A stretch of 64,000 nucleotides of DNA. Source: an uncultured Actinomycetota bacterium. GTDB taxonomy: Bacteria; Actinomycetota; Actinomycetes; Streptosporangiales; Streptosporangiaceae. Shown one piece after another: positions 19,420-27,885 of the stretch. The stretch's first letter is position 1; each line of letters starts with the position of its first letter. The position numbers and the translations under genes are program-made. The stretch lies in contig CAVSRT010000013.1 of NCBI GenBank assembly GCA_963730435.1, positions 11,536 to 75,535 on the forward strand, written 5' to 3'. The notes below the pieces were generated by a model. That model was given only the letters and a program-made list of their open reading frames with translations. It did no database searches and was not told where the DNA came from.

Positions 19420-20571
19420 TCAGCCTGCGAGGCCGGCGAAGCGCTCGTCGACCTGCTCAGCGGTCAGCCCGAAATCGGCCAGCGCATACTGATGCGCAGG
19501 CCTGCGGTCGCCGTGCGACGCCTCGGCGTGCAGCGCCCGCACGGCGTCCGCGGCCGCGTCGCTGTAGGGCAGGCCGAAGCGGTCGTAGACCGATTCGACG
19601 GTGCCGACCGGATCCGCGGTGAAGTCGGCATAGTCGACGTCCATGAACTGCGCCTGGTCATACCGCGCCCTGGCCGCCGCGAACTCCGCCAGCCCGCGCG
19701 CCCACAACTCGAGCTGATCGCTGCCGATGACACCGCCACGGAACGTGGCCGACCAGCCCGCGGCCGCATGCGCAGCGAGGCTGCACATGGAGCCGATGAC
19801 GGCGCGCGGCTCCCGGTGGGTCTGGATGATCAGCGCGTCCGGGTACACGGCGAGGATGGCGTCCAGCGCGAACAGGTGACTGGGGTTCTTCAGCACCCAC
19901 CGGCGGCCAGGCTCGTTCAGCCCGACGAGCTGGAGATTGCGCCGGTGCCTGCGGTAAGACCCCGTCCAGTCCTGGCCGTGGAGCCAGGCCGAATACGTCG
20001 GCAGGTGCGCCAGGCACTCATACGACACCGACCTCAGCGTCTGCCGCAGCAGCTGCCAGCACTCCTCCACCGTGTCGGCCGCCATGTAGTGCACGCCCAT
20101 GAACTCGGGATGCTCGACGTGATGCCGCTGGTACGCGGCGTGGATGTGCTGGAAGACCGGGTTGGCCGCCCAGGTGTCACGCGGCGGGCGCGGCTGCGGC
20201 ATCTCGGCCAGCCACAGCTCGAGGCCCTGATGATCGGGGTCCGCTGTCAGCAGCCGGTGCAGCGCGGTCGTCCCGCTCCGCGGCAGTCCGGTGACGAAGA
20301 TAGGCCGTTCGATCGGCACGTCGGCGTGCTCCGGATGGGCCGCCCACCCGGCCTCGCTGAGCAGCCGGGCGCCGAGGGCGCCGCGCAGCCCGACCCTGGC
20401 TGCCTTCTGGCCTAGCTGCGTGAGATCGGCGTCGCGCGCATAGGACTCCAGGATCACGGCCAGGCCGTCGCTGTAGTCGTCAACTCCGAAGTCGGTCAGC
20501 CCCGTCATCCTGCTGGCCGACTCGCGCAGGTCGTCGACCGTGCCGACGCTCTCCCGGTCGGTGGTCGTCAT
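19420..20571 (-). CDS. sulfotransferase family protein (PAPS-dependent, Sulfotransfer_3-like)
   Basis: 5'-PSB loop TGLPRSGTTALHRLL near the N-terminus of the conserved region. Start taken at the internal ATG (MTTTDRES), so about 383 aa. Confidence 0.7.
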   Translation of the reverse strand: MTTTDRESVGTVDDLRESASRMTGLTDFGVDDYSDGLAVILESYARDADLTQLGQKAARVGLRGALGARLLSEAGWAAHPEHADVPIERPIFVTGLPRSGTTALHRLLTADPDHQGLELWLAEMPQPRPPRDTWAANPVFQHIHAAYQRHHVEHPEFMGVHYMAADTVEECWQLLRQTLRSVSYECLAHLPTYSAWLHGQDWTGSYRRHRRNLQLVGLNEPGRRWVLKNPSHLFALDAILAVYPDALIIQTHREPRAVIGSMCSLAAHAAAGWSATFRGGVIGSDQLELWARGLAEFAAARARYDQAQFMDVDYADFTADPVGTVESVYDRFGLPYSDAAADAVRALHAEASHGDRRPAHQYALADFGLTAEQVDERFAGLAG

Positions 20572-20596
20572 CGCTGTCTGGTGATCATGAAGGCTC

Positions 20597-21373
20597 TCAG
20601 TGGTGGTACTCGCCGCAGTTGACGTCGAGGCACTGACCGGTGATGGCGCGCGCCAGCGGCGACGCCAGGAAGAGGATTGCGTCGGCGATCTCATCCGGCT
20701 CTGGCAGCCTGCCCAGGTCGATGTTCTGCGCCGTCTCGGCGTAGATCTCGTCCGGGTCGACGCCACGCTTCTTGGCCAGGTAGTTGAAGTACCACTTCAG
20801 CGACTCGCCCCAGATGTGGCCGGGGGCGACCGAGTTGACGCGGATGCCTTGCGGCCCGAGCTCGGTGGCCAGACTCTGCGCCATGGCCAGCAGGGACGCC
20901 TTGGCCATCTTGTAAGGGCCCATGGTGCGCTGCGAAAAGCGGACGACCATGGAGTTGACCATGACCACTGAGCCGGACGTCGCCGCGAGCGCCGGGATGA
21001 ACAGCCTGGTCATCCGCAGCGCGGAGATGACGTTGTTGCTGAACCCGGCTTCCACCGCAGCCAGGTCGACCTTGCCGAGGTCGGCGATCGGCGGCATGAC
21101 CAGGGCGTTGTGCACCAGCGCATCGACCCTGCCGAACTCGTCCAAGGACGCGGCGGCGAGCCGCTCGGCATCTGCCTCCACGGTCATGTCCGTTGGCACG
21201 ACCAGCGCCCGCCGGCCAAGCTCCTTGATCTCCGCCGCGACGTCCTCGAGCCGGGACACGGTGCGGGCGGCCAGCACCACGTCAGCGCCGGCCGCGGCGC
21301 CGCGGACCGCGATCTGCCGGCCAAGGTCCGGGCCGACGCCGGAGACGACAAGCACCTTGTCCTGGAGATACAT
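20597..21373 (-). CDS. SDR family oxidoreductase
   Basis: TGxxxGxG (VSGVGPDLGRQIA), NAG-like (HNALV) and catalytic YxxxK (GPYKMAK) motifs. Confidence 0.85.
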   Translation of the reverse strand: MYLQDKVLVVSGVGPDLGRQIAVRGAAAGADVVLAARTVSRLEDVAAEIKELGRRALVVPTDMTVEADAERLAAASLDEFGRVDALVHNALVMPPIADLGKVDLAAVEAGFSNNVISALRMTRLFIPALAATSGSVVMVNSMVVRFSQRTMGPYKMAKASLLAMAQSLATELGPQGIRVNSVAPGHIWGESLKWYFNYLAKKRGVDPDEIYAETAQNIDLGRLPEPDEIADAILFLASPLARAITGQCLDVNCGEYHH

Positions 21374-21392
21374 CAGCCCAGCTCCCTCTGCA

Positions 21393-22571
21393 CTAGCCCA
21401 CCATCCGGTTCGCGACTGCGGCCTGCCGCGCGGCGATTCGCGCGCGGTACTCCTCCGGCGTGATCCGCGCCTGCTCGTAGTCCGGCAGCACCTGCGGCAC
21501 GCTGGCGAACGGGACGACCTCCACCTGCGGGCCGTCGGCGACCTCCAGGTCCCTCGTCAGCCGCTGCCAGCGGATCTGCACGTAACCGCGCGTCCGCCCG
21601 GTGAGCTCGAGCCAGTTAGCGACGCCGGGATCTCGCTCGCTGATCACGAACCGCAGCATGCCGTCGGCACTCGCGCGTGCCTGGTCCACGGTGAGGCTGG
21701 TCTGGTGATTGATGTAGTCGAGCGAGATGTACCACAGGCTGCCGAGCTGAATGCCCTGGTAAGGCGCGACGTCCTTACTCGCCGCCGGCACCGTCACGAT
21801 CATCGCCTGGTCCGCGCCAAGGTCGAAATGCCCGGCCGAGGAGAACTGCGTCGCCAGGCCGCCCGGCGTGCGGCGCGGCGGCGTCATCGTGTTTACCGGC
21901 TCCCTGAGATAGAACCACTCGGGAAAGGCAAGGAACGTCCTGATCCGCGACAGCAGCATCTTGCCCGCGACGCCGTAGCGCTTGGCTAGCAGCGCCTCGT
22001 CCGGGGGCTGCGGCGCGGCCCCGATCTTGTCTGCGCGCTGGATCCGCAAGGTGCCGCGCCGCTCCCCCGCCCAGTCGCTATAGACCTCGCGGACGACGAG
22101 CATCGCCGAACCCGGCCCGAGCGGCACGTAGCCAGCGGGCGCGTCTGACCTCGGCGGCCCGAACCGCAGCTCGAACGTGCCGTCCGGCCCGATGTCGAGG
22201 CGCCGGTCGTCAAAGGCAGTGAGGCTGTCCGGCACGTCGACGGGTGAGTAGTCGCCATTCAGCACCTGGAAGCTGAGGTCCGCCGTCGTGCCGCGCTGCC
22301 CGGTGACGATGTACTCGGCGTCGTCCCGCACGTACGCATGCAGGTAGAGGGTGTCCGGGTTGTCCAGGCCCAGCTTGGTATACGGGCCCGTCGACTGCAC
22401 GAAGGCCGGGAAGTCGCGATCGAAGGCCCAGGCCATATGCAGCGACGCCTGGATGCTGCCGGCCAGGTAGTCGTATCCCTCGGCCAGGTCCTGGTCAGTC
22501 TGCACGTGCGGCGCCGACGCGATGATCTTCTCGGCTTCGAGCACCGCGTCCGCGAACGACTGGGTGAGCAC
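21393..22571 (-). CDS. DUF1254/DUF1214 domain-containing protein (conserved actinobacterial hypothetical)
   Basis: 392 aa with the characteristic two-domain arrangement. Sits between the NTF2 and SDR genes in the same operon. Confidence 0.55.
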   Translation of the reverse strand: MLTQSFADAVLEAEKIIASAPHVQTDQDLAEGYDYLAGSIQASLHMAWAFDRDFPAFVQSTGPYTKLGLDNPDTLYLHAYVRDDAEYIVTGQRGTTADLSFQVLNGDYSPVDVPDSLTAFDDRRLDIGPDGTFELRFGPPRSDAPAGYVPLGPGSAMLVVREVYSDWAGERRGTLRIQRADKIGAAPQPPDEALLAKRYGVAGKMLLSRIRTFLAFPEWFYLREPVNTMTPPRRTPGGLATQFSSAGHFDLGADQAMIVTVPAASKDVAPYQGIQLGSLWYISLDYINHQTSLTVDQARASADGMLRFVISERDPGVANWLELTGRTRGYVQIRWQRLTRDLEVADGPQVEVVPFASVPQVLPDYEQARITPEEYRARIAARQAAVANRMVG

Positions 22572-22751
22572 GGCAACCTTTCATTCCGCGTCGGGACCGG
22601 CCTAGGCGGCAGGCCGGCACGGCAGGCCAGGCAGCCGCGCGCCCGGCGGCGCCGGGTCGGCGTCACTGGCGACCCGGCATCAGAACCGGCCCGACCAAGG
22701 TAGAACACGTTCTAAATCCTCGTCAATGGCCGGGCCAGCGCGCGCGACTAG

Positions 22752-23234
22752 TCAGCTGGCCTTCTTGGGCGCCCACATGTTGTCGATGAACTTCAGCGAG
22801 GGGGTGTCGTCCAGCGAGCTCGTGGTCTCGTAGATCCGCTGGTAGCCGATGTGCGAGATTCGCCACTGCCCGTCATCGCCGCGCTCGTAGGTGTCCTCGT
22901 AAAACGCGGCCCCCTTGATGACGACGCGGTATTCCATGGCAATGACGGTGTCCTCAAACGACCACGTTCCCGTTGCCTTATCGCCGTTGACTGTGATCTC
23001 AGGCTGCCCGCAGCGATGCACGGTGATGATCTCCGGGCCTAGGTTCTCGCGCAGGTAGGAGACGATCTCGTCGCGGCCGCGCAGGCTGAGCGGACGGCTG
23101 ACCGCGTGGGTTCCGTAGTCGGCGCTGGCACCGGCGGTGAAGACGTCGCCGATCTCGTCCCAGAGCTTCAGGTCGACGCAGCGCAGGTACCGGTACTTGA
23201 CCTGGCGGATCTCTTCCAGCGCGACTAGGTCCAT
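22752..23234 (-). CDS. nuclear transport factor 2 (NTF2/SnoaL-like) family protein
   Basis: 160 aa. EIRQVKYRYLRCVD...FTAGASADYG pattern of the SnoaL-like/ketosteroid-isomerase-like fold. Confidence 0.65.
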   Translation of the reverse strand: MDLVALEEIRQVKYRYLRCVDLKLWDEIGDVFTAGASADYGTHAVSRPLSLRGRDEIVSYLRENLGPEIITVHRCGQPEITVNGDKATGTWSFEDTVIAMEYRVVIKGAAFYEDTYERGDDGQWRISHIGYQRIYETTSSLDDTPSLKFIDNMWAPKKAS

Positions 23235-23275
23235 GTCATCCAGCTTTCAGATCTGATTGACTTCCAACTGCAAAC

Positions 23276-23289
23276 AAGAACATGTTCTA
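23276..23289. promoter_or_regulatory. perfect palindrome AGAACATGTTCT (within AAGAACATGTTCTA) in the divergent promoter region; TetR/KstR-type operator-like (TnnAACnnGTTnnA)
   Basis: Read directly from the sequence: ...caaacaagaacatgttctactcc... between the NTF2 gene (minus) and the LLM oxidoreductase (plus). Confidence 0.4.
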
Positions 23290-23359
23290 CTCCACCTGGT
23301 CAACCTGCACCCGCGACATGACCGGGCGACCAAGGCCCGATGGCTCAGCCGGAGGTACC

Positions 23360-24241
23360 GTGCGCTTCTGCTACGCCGAGTCGATGACCGACCCGTCCTT
23401 CTACTCGCCACTCGCCCGCGCGGCCGAGGAGGCAGGCTATGACTCGATGGTGATCCCGGACAGCATCTGCTACCCGGCGCAGTCCGACAGCGTCTACCCC
23501 TTCAACCCCGATGGCACCCGCGAGTTCCTGGAGGACAAGCCGTTCCTCGAGCCGTTCTCGCTGATCCCGTTCCTCGGCGCCGTCACGAGTCGTCTGCGGT
23601 TCATCACGTTCGTGCTCAAGCTGCCGGTCCGCCACCCGGTCCTGGTCGCCAAGCAGGCCATGTCGACCGCGGTCCTGACGGGCAACAGGCTCGTCCTCGG
23701 CGTCGGGACTAGCCCGTGGCGGGAGGACTACGACGTGCTCGGCGTGCCCTGGGCGCGGCGCGGCCAGCGGATGGACGAGGCACTCGCGATCGTGCGCGGC
23801 CTGACATCGGGCGGCTACTTCGAGTACCACGGCGAGATCTTCGACGTCCCCGCGATCAAGATGTCGCCGGTGCCGACACAGCCGGTGCCGGTCCTGGTCG
23901 GCGGCCACGGGGAGGCCGCCCTGCGCCGGGCCGCGTCGGCCGGCGACGGCTGGCTGCACGGCGGCGGCAACCCGGCTGACCTGCCCGGCCTGCTCGCCCG
24001 GCTCGCGCAGCTGCGCACCGAGTGCGGGACCGCCGACCGGCCGTTCGAGGTCCACGTCATTTCGCTGGACGCCTACTCGGTGGACGGCATCCGCCGGCTG
24101 GAAGACAGCGGCGTGACGGAGGTCATCGTCGGATTCCGCTGGCCGTACCACGTCGGCCCCGACACCGAGGACCTGCAGCCCAAGCTCGACAAGCTGCGCA
24201 AGTACGCCGACGACGTCATCGCGAAGACGGCTTCTCCATGA
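23360..24241 (+). CDS. LLM class F420-dependent oxidoreductase (luciferase-like monooxygenase family)
   Basis: GTG start (VRFCYAE..) 6 nt after GGAGG. TIM-barrel LLM pattern ..SMVIPDS...RLRFITFVLKLPVRHP...VGGHGEAALRRAA... Confidence 0.8.
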   Translation: MRFCYAESMTDPSFYSPLARAAEEAGYDSMVIPDSICYPAQSDSVYPFNPDGTREFLEDKPFLEPFSLIPFLGAVTSRLRFITFVLKLPVRHPVLVAKQAMSTAVLTGNRLVLGVGTSPWREDYDVLGVPWARRGQRMDEALAIVRGLTSGGYFEYHGEIFDVPAIKMSPVPTQPVPVLVGGHGEAALRRAASAGDGWLHGGGNPADLPGLLARLAQLRTECGTADRPFEVHVISLDAYSVDGIRRLEDSGVTEVIVGFRWPYHVGPDTEDLQPKLDKLRKYADDVIAKTASP

Positions 24242-24295
24242 TCCCGAAGACTTTGCGTCCGTGGCACACGCAAACTCTCCTGGATCATGGAAAAG
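24239..24295 (+). promoter_or_regulatory. copy A of a conserved about 55-nt nested-palindrome element (CATGATCCCGAAGACTTTGCGTCCGTGGCACACGCAAACTCTCCTGGATCATGG) immediately upstream of the cupin gene
   Basis: Outer arms CATGATCC/GGATCATG, inner arms TTTGCGT/ACGCAAA. A second copy lies at about 58008-58065. Confidence 0.5.
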
Positions 24296-24302
24296 TCGCA
24301 TC

Positions 24303-24695
24303 ATGGACGCCAAGCCAGTCAACCTGCACGCAGCCCTGAGCTCCTTCGACGAGATCTACAGCCCGCGAATCGTCACCCGGATGAACGACTACGACGTCCG
24401 GATCGCCCACGCCAAGGGCGAGCACGTCTGGCACGCGCACGCCGACACCGACGAGTTTTTCCTGGTCATCGACGGCCAGTTCGACATCGCGCTGCGTGAC
24501 GCCGACGGCGCCGAGCACGCGGTCAGCCTCCGCGAGGGCGACGTCTTCGTCGTCCCGAAGGGCACCGAGCACAAGCCGTCCTCCCCTGGCGGCTCGATCC
24601 TCATGTTCGAGCCGTCGCAGACGCTGTCCACCGGCGACTGGCACGAGGGCGAGATCCCCGACCACGTGCACAGCACGACCGGCCAGGAGCTCTAG
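24303..24695 (+). CDS. cupin domain-containing protein
   Basis: Cupin motifs G(X)5HXH(X)3,4E(X)6G-like: GEHVWHAHADTDEFFLVIDG and GDVFVVPKGTEHKP. Confidence 0.7.
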   Translation: MDAKPVNLHAALSSFDEIYSPRIVTRMNDYDVRIAHAKGEHVWHAHADTDEFFLVIDGQFDIALRDADGAEHAVSLREGDVFVVPKGTEHKPSSPGGSILMFEPSQTLSTGDWHEGEIPDHVHSTTGQEL

Positions 24696-24721
24696 CGCCG
24701 CCCGGCCGCCGCGAGCGATCA

Positions 24722-25960
24722 CTAGCCGGCCTCCCGCAGCTCCCCTGCCAGCTCGCTGACCAGCTCACGCGGCAGGCCGTGCGTGTCGTGGAGGAACGCG
24801 TAGTCGTCCTCGCTCAGCTCGCCCGCCGGGTACAGCCGCTGCAGCAGCGACCGGCCGCGCGTCAGCAGTTCGCCGAACTTGCGCTCTTCCGTGAGCAGCA
24901 CCTCGCGCACGATGGAGGGCTCGACCGACAGGCCAAATCGCGAAGCCGTGTCCAGGACGAGCTCCGGCGGCAGCTCGCCCAGCGTCGGCTCACCGCGACC
25001 GGGCGCGCCGCGACCGGGCTCACCGCGACCGGGCTCACCGCGACCGGGCTCACCGTCCCACAACGATGTCAGCGCCCGCCGCAGCAGCCGCCGCAGCACG
25101 TATCCGCGCCCCGTGTTCGACGGCCGCACTCCATCGCCGATGATGACGATCGAGGATCGCAGGTGATCGGTGATGATTCGCAGCGACCGCTCGTCCGGCT
25201 GCCACAAGCCCGGCAGCACCGAGAGCCACGGCGCGAACAGGTCCGTGTCGAACACCGACGACACTCCCTGCGACACCATGAGCAGCCGCTCGAGGCCCAT
25301 GCCGGTGTCGACGCTCGGCTGTGACAGCGGGGACAGGCTCCCGTCGGGATGGCGCTCGTATCGCATCGTGACGTGGTTCCATAGCTCGAGCCACCGCGAA
25401 TCTGTGGCCGGGCTCCCTTGCGGCGGGCCCGTTCCCGTCCAGACGAAGATCTCCGAATCGGGCCCGCACGGTCCCGTCGGCCCGTTGGACCACCAGTTAT
25501 CGTCGGCGCCGAGCAGCTCGACCGGCAGCCCGAGGTCCGACCAGGTCGACAGCGCCGCGGTATCCGGTCCGACCTGGTCGTCTCCGGCGAACGCCGTCGC
25601 ATACAGCAGCCCCGGCTTCAGCCCGAAGTGGTCGCAGATCAGCTCGAGTCCCCACCGCAGGCTCTGCGGGCCGCCGTAATCACCCAGCGACCACGAGCCG
25701 AGCATCTGGAAGACGGTCAGGTGCGAGCTGTCGCCGACCTCCTCCAGGTCGGTAGTCCGCAGGCAGCGCTGGATCCCGGTCAGCCGCCGCCCAAGCGGAT
25801 GCGGCTCGCCCGCGAGATAGGGCGTCAGCGGATGCATGCCCGAGGTCGTGTAGAGGACCGGATCGCCAGGGCGCGGCAGGAGCGAGCTGCCGCTGATCTG
25901 GTGGTGTCCCCGGCTTCGGAAGAACTCAGTGAACGTTGAGATCGTCTGGCTGGTGTTCAT
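24722..25960 (-). CDS. alanine--tRNA ligase-like protein: aminoacylation plus tRNA-recognition domains only (no editing or C-Ala domains), with in-frame (GEPGR)4 insertion
   Basis: Class II motifs are conserved: FxxFF..GH, TVFQMLGSWSLGDYGG (motif 2 region), LWNHVTMRYERHPDGSLSPLSQPSVDTGMGLERL (motif 3/Ala pocket), VRPSNTGRGYVLRRLLRRA. The ORF ends at a position equivalent to about residue 450-460 of E. coli AlaRS. Confidence 0.75.
   Translation of the reverse strand: MNTSQTISTFTEFFRSRGHHQISGSSLLPRPGDPVLYTTSGMHPLTPYLAGEPHPLGRRLTGIQRCLRTTDLEEVGDSSHLTVFQMLGSWSLGDYGGPQSLRWGLELICDHFGLKPGLLYATAFAGDDQVGPDTAALSTWSDLGLPVELLGADDNWWSNGPTGPCGPDSEIFVWTGTGPPQGSPATDSRWLELWNHVTMRYERHPDGSLSPLSQPSVDTGMGLERLLMVSQGVSSVFDTDLFAPWLSVLPGLWQPDERSLRIITDHLRSSIVIIGDGVRPSNTGRGYVLRRLLRRALTSLWDGEPGRGEPGRGEPGRGAPGRGEPTLGELPPELVLDTASRFGLSVEPSIVREVLLTEERKFGELLTRGRSLLQRLYPAGELSEDDYAFLHDTHGLPRELVSELAGELREAG
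24955..25045. repeat. 15-bp tandem repeat (gctcaccgcgaccgg)n inside the AlaRS-like gene, encoding GEPGRGEPGRGEPGRGAPGRGEP
   Basis: Direct reading of the plus strand 24960-25040. Confidence 0.8.
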
Positions 25961-26415
25961 GGCGTGTGCGCCTCTCGGATTCGGGCGCCGGAAACTAGGC
26001 CGCGAGCGCAGCCATCAACCTGGGCGGAGAAAGGAGGCGCCGGCGAGCCGTTCCCGGTCGCCAGCAGGTGTGTGAGGTCAGGCAGCGGCAACCGGCGAGC
26101 ACGTAGCTCGCGCGGCGGCGACGACGATGCGTGGGCAACTGGACCTCATACGCATCACTGTACCCAGCACGCCGTCCAAGATCACAACCCATTAAACCGG
26201 AACGGGGCCGCCCGACCCGGTCCCGGCCCACCCAGGCGCCGTGAGCCCCGCGCACGCGAGCCGACCCGCGGCAAACTCGGCAATAACTCCCAGACCGCTC
26301 GGGATTCCCGCAAGATATCTGTTGGTCCCAGGGTTGCTGGCGACTCCCACTAGTGCACCGGCCCTGACCTACCGGCCCAGACCTGCCGGCACTGACCCGA
26401 AGGGATCCACCAGCC

Positions 26416-27024
26416 ATGAAGCCGTTCCTCGTCGCGACCCTCGCCGCCGCGGGCCTTACCTTGTGCGCCTGCTCCGGCGGCTCGGGCGGGACCGCTCAGC
26501 CCACGAATACCGTCACGGTCACTGCGCCCGCGTCCGCTCCGGCCGCCAGCCAGTCGACCAGCCCCACGACCGCCGCCCCGACCTCGTCAGCTGCGGCCGC
26601 TGGCTGCCTGACCCGGTACCTGAACGGCTCGGTCGGGCTTACTCAGGGCACCTCCGGCGCGGTCGAGGTTGTGATCGTCTTCAAGAACCTCAACAACGTC
26701 CCGTGCACGCTCTATGGCTTCCCCGGCGTCGCCCAGGCGGCCGGCACGCCGGTGACCGACATCGGGAATCCGTCGACCGAGAATCACTCCACATCGCGTG
26801 AGCTGGTCACGCTTCAGCCTGGCGGCTTCGCCAACGCGACTCTGCAGATCTCCGACGCGGGCAACTTCCCGGCCTCGGCCTGCACGCAGGTGCGAGCGCC
26901 GTGGCTCGCGGTCATCCCGCCGAACCAGACGATCCCGCTCTACGTCCACTACAGCTCGACCGCCTGCAAGGGCTCGGCGAAGCTAATGTCGGTCACCGCG
27001 GTCCGGCCCGGCAACGGCGGCTGA
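26416..27024 (+). CDS. DUF4232 domain-containing lipoprotein
   Basis: Signal peptide plus lipobox (LTLCAC). Ser/Thr/Pro/Ala-rich linker, then Cys-containing DUF4232 core (AAGCLTRYLNGS...VPCTLYGFPGV...ACTQV...). Confidence 0.7.
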   Translation: MKPFLVATLAAAGLTLCACSGGSGGTAQPTNTVTVTAPASAPAASQSTSPTTAAPTSSAAAAGCLTRYLNGSVGLTQGTSGAVEVVIVFKNLNNVPCTLYGFPGVAQAAGTPVTDIGNPSTENHSTSRELVTLQPGGFANATLQISDAGNFPASACTQVRAPWLAVIPPNQTIPLYVHYSSTACKGSAKLMSVTAVRPGNGG

Positions 27025-27068
27025 CCAACGGCTGCCGGCCTTCACGCGCGGTCGTTTATGAGGCCGCG

Positions 27069-27878
27069 CTAGAAAAGCGCGAGCAGTCTCTCGGCCTGGT
27101 AGCGCAGCGTGCCGGGCGGATTGCGCGCGCTCGCGGGGCCGCCGGGCCGCAGCAAGAGCAGCCAGTGCAGCCCGGCCAGACGGCGGCAGTCCGCGAGTCT
27201 GGCTCGCTCCGCGGGTGTCAGGTCGAACGCCTGGATGAACTGCTGGGCATTCAGCCCCGCGCCGAGCCAGGCGGAGATGTGCTCGATGAGCACGGCCAGC
27301 TCGAAGGCGCGGTCGCTCAGGCCGGAGTCCTCGAAGTCGACCATCCGCACGCGCTCGCCATCCCACAGGAAGTTCGCGAGGTTGGCGTCGCCTTGACCGA
27401 ACACTGGCTGCCGCCCGGCCGGATCGCCGGTGACCGTCACGGCCCACGTCAGCCAGTCCACCCCGGCCGCGTAGGCGGCCTGCACCAGCGGATCGCCGCC
27501 GAGGTCAGGCCCCTGGTCGACAAGCTGCCGGACCTCGTGCACCAGCTGTGCCTCATTGCCGCGCTCGCCTGGCACCGGGATGATCCGATCCACCGGGACC
27601 GACTGCCAGAGCTGACCGATCGCGCGCACCAGCGCTGACTCCTCCTGCTGCGTCAGCGGAGCGCCGCCGAGCGGCTCGCCGGGCAGCAGCGACATCTCGA
27701 TGACTGGCTCGGCGGCATCCAGCTCAGCCCGCAGCGGCTCCGGAGCGAGGCCAGGCGCGTGCTCGGCGAGCAGCCGCAGCGCTCGCCACTCCCTGGCAGG
27801 CTCCCCGCGGTCGTGCTGTCCGTAGCGCTTGACCACGATCTCGCGCTCCGGATCAAGGCTGACCTGGTGGGTCAGCAC
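27069..27878 (-). CDS. phosphotransferase family protein (aminoglycoside/choline kinase-like, APH fold)
   Basis: Brenner motif-like HGDANLANFLWDG and D-F-E (MVDFEDSG) catalytic/Mg-binding motifs. Confidence 0.7.
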   Translation of the reverse strand: MLTHQVSLDPEREIVVKRYGQHDRGEPAREWRALRLLAEHAPGLAPEPLRAELDAAEPVIEMSLLPGEPLGGAPLTQQEESALVRAIGQLWQSVPVDRIIPVPGERGNEAQLVHEVRQLVDQGPDLGGDPLVQAAYAAGVDWLTWAVTVTGDPAGRQPVFGQGDANLANFLWDGERVRMVDFEDSGLSDRAFELAVLIEHISAWLGAGLNAQQFIQAFDLTPAERARLADCRRLAGLHWLLLLRPGGPASARNPPGTLRYQAERLLALF

Positions 27879-27885
27879 CCTGATC

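Noticed and set aside
24255-24275. TGGCAC-N5 resemblance to a sigma-54 (-24/-12) promoter inside the repeated element
   Set aside because: The -12 TTGC element is not present at the right spacing, and actinomycetes lack RpoN. The match is part of the palindrome.
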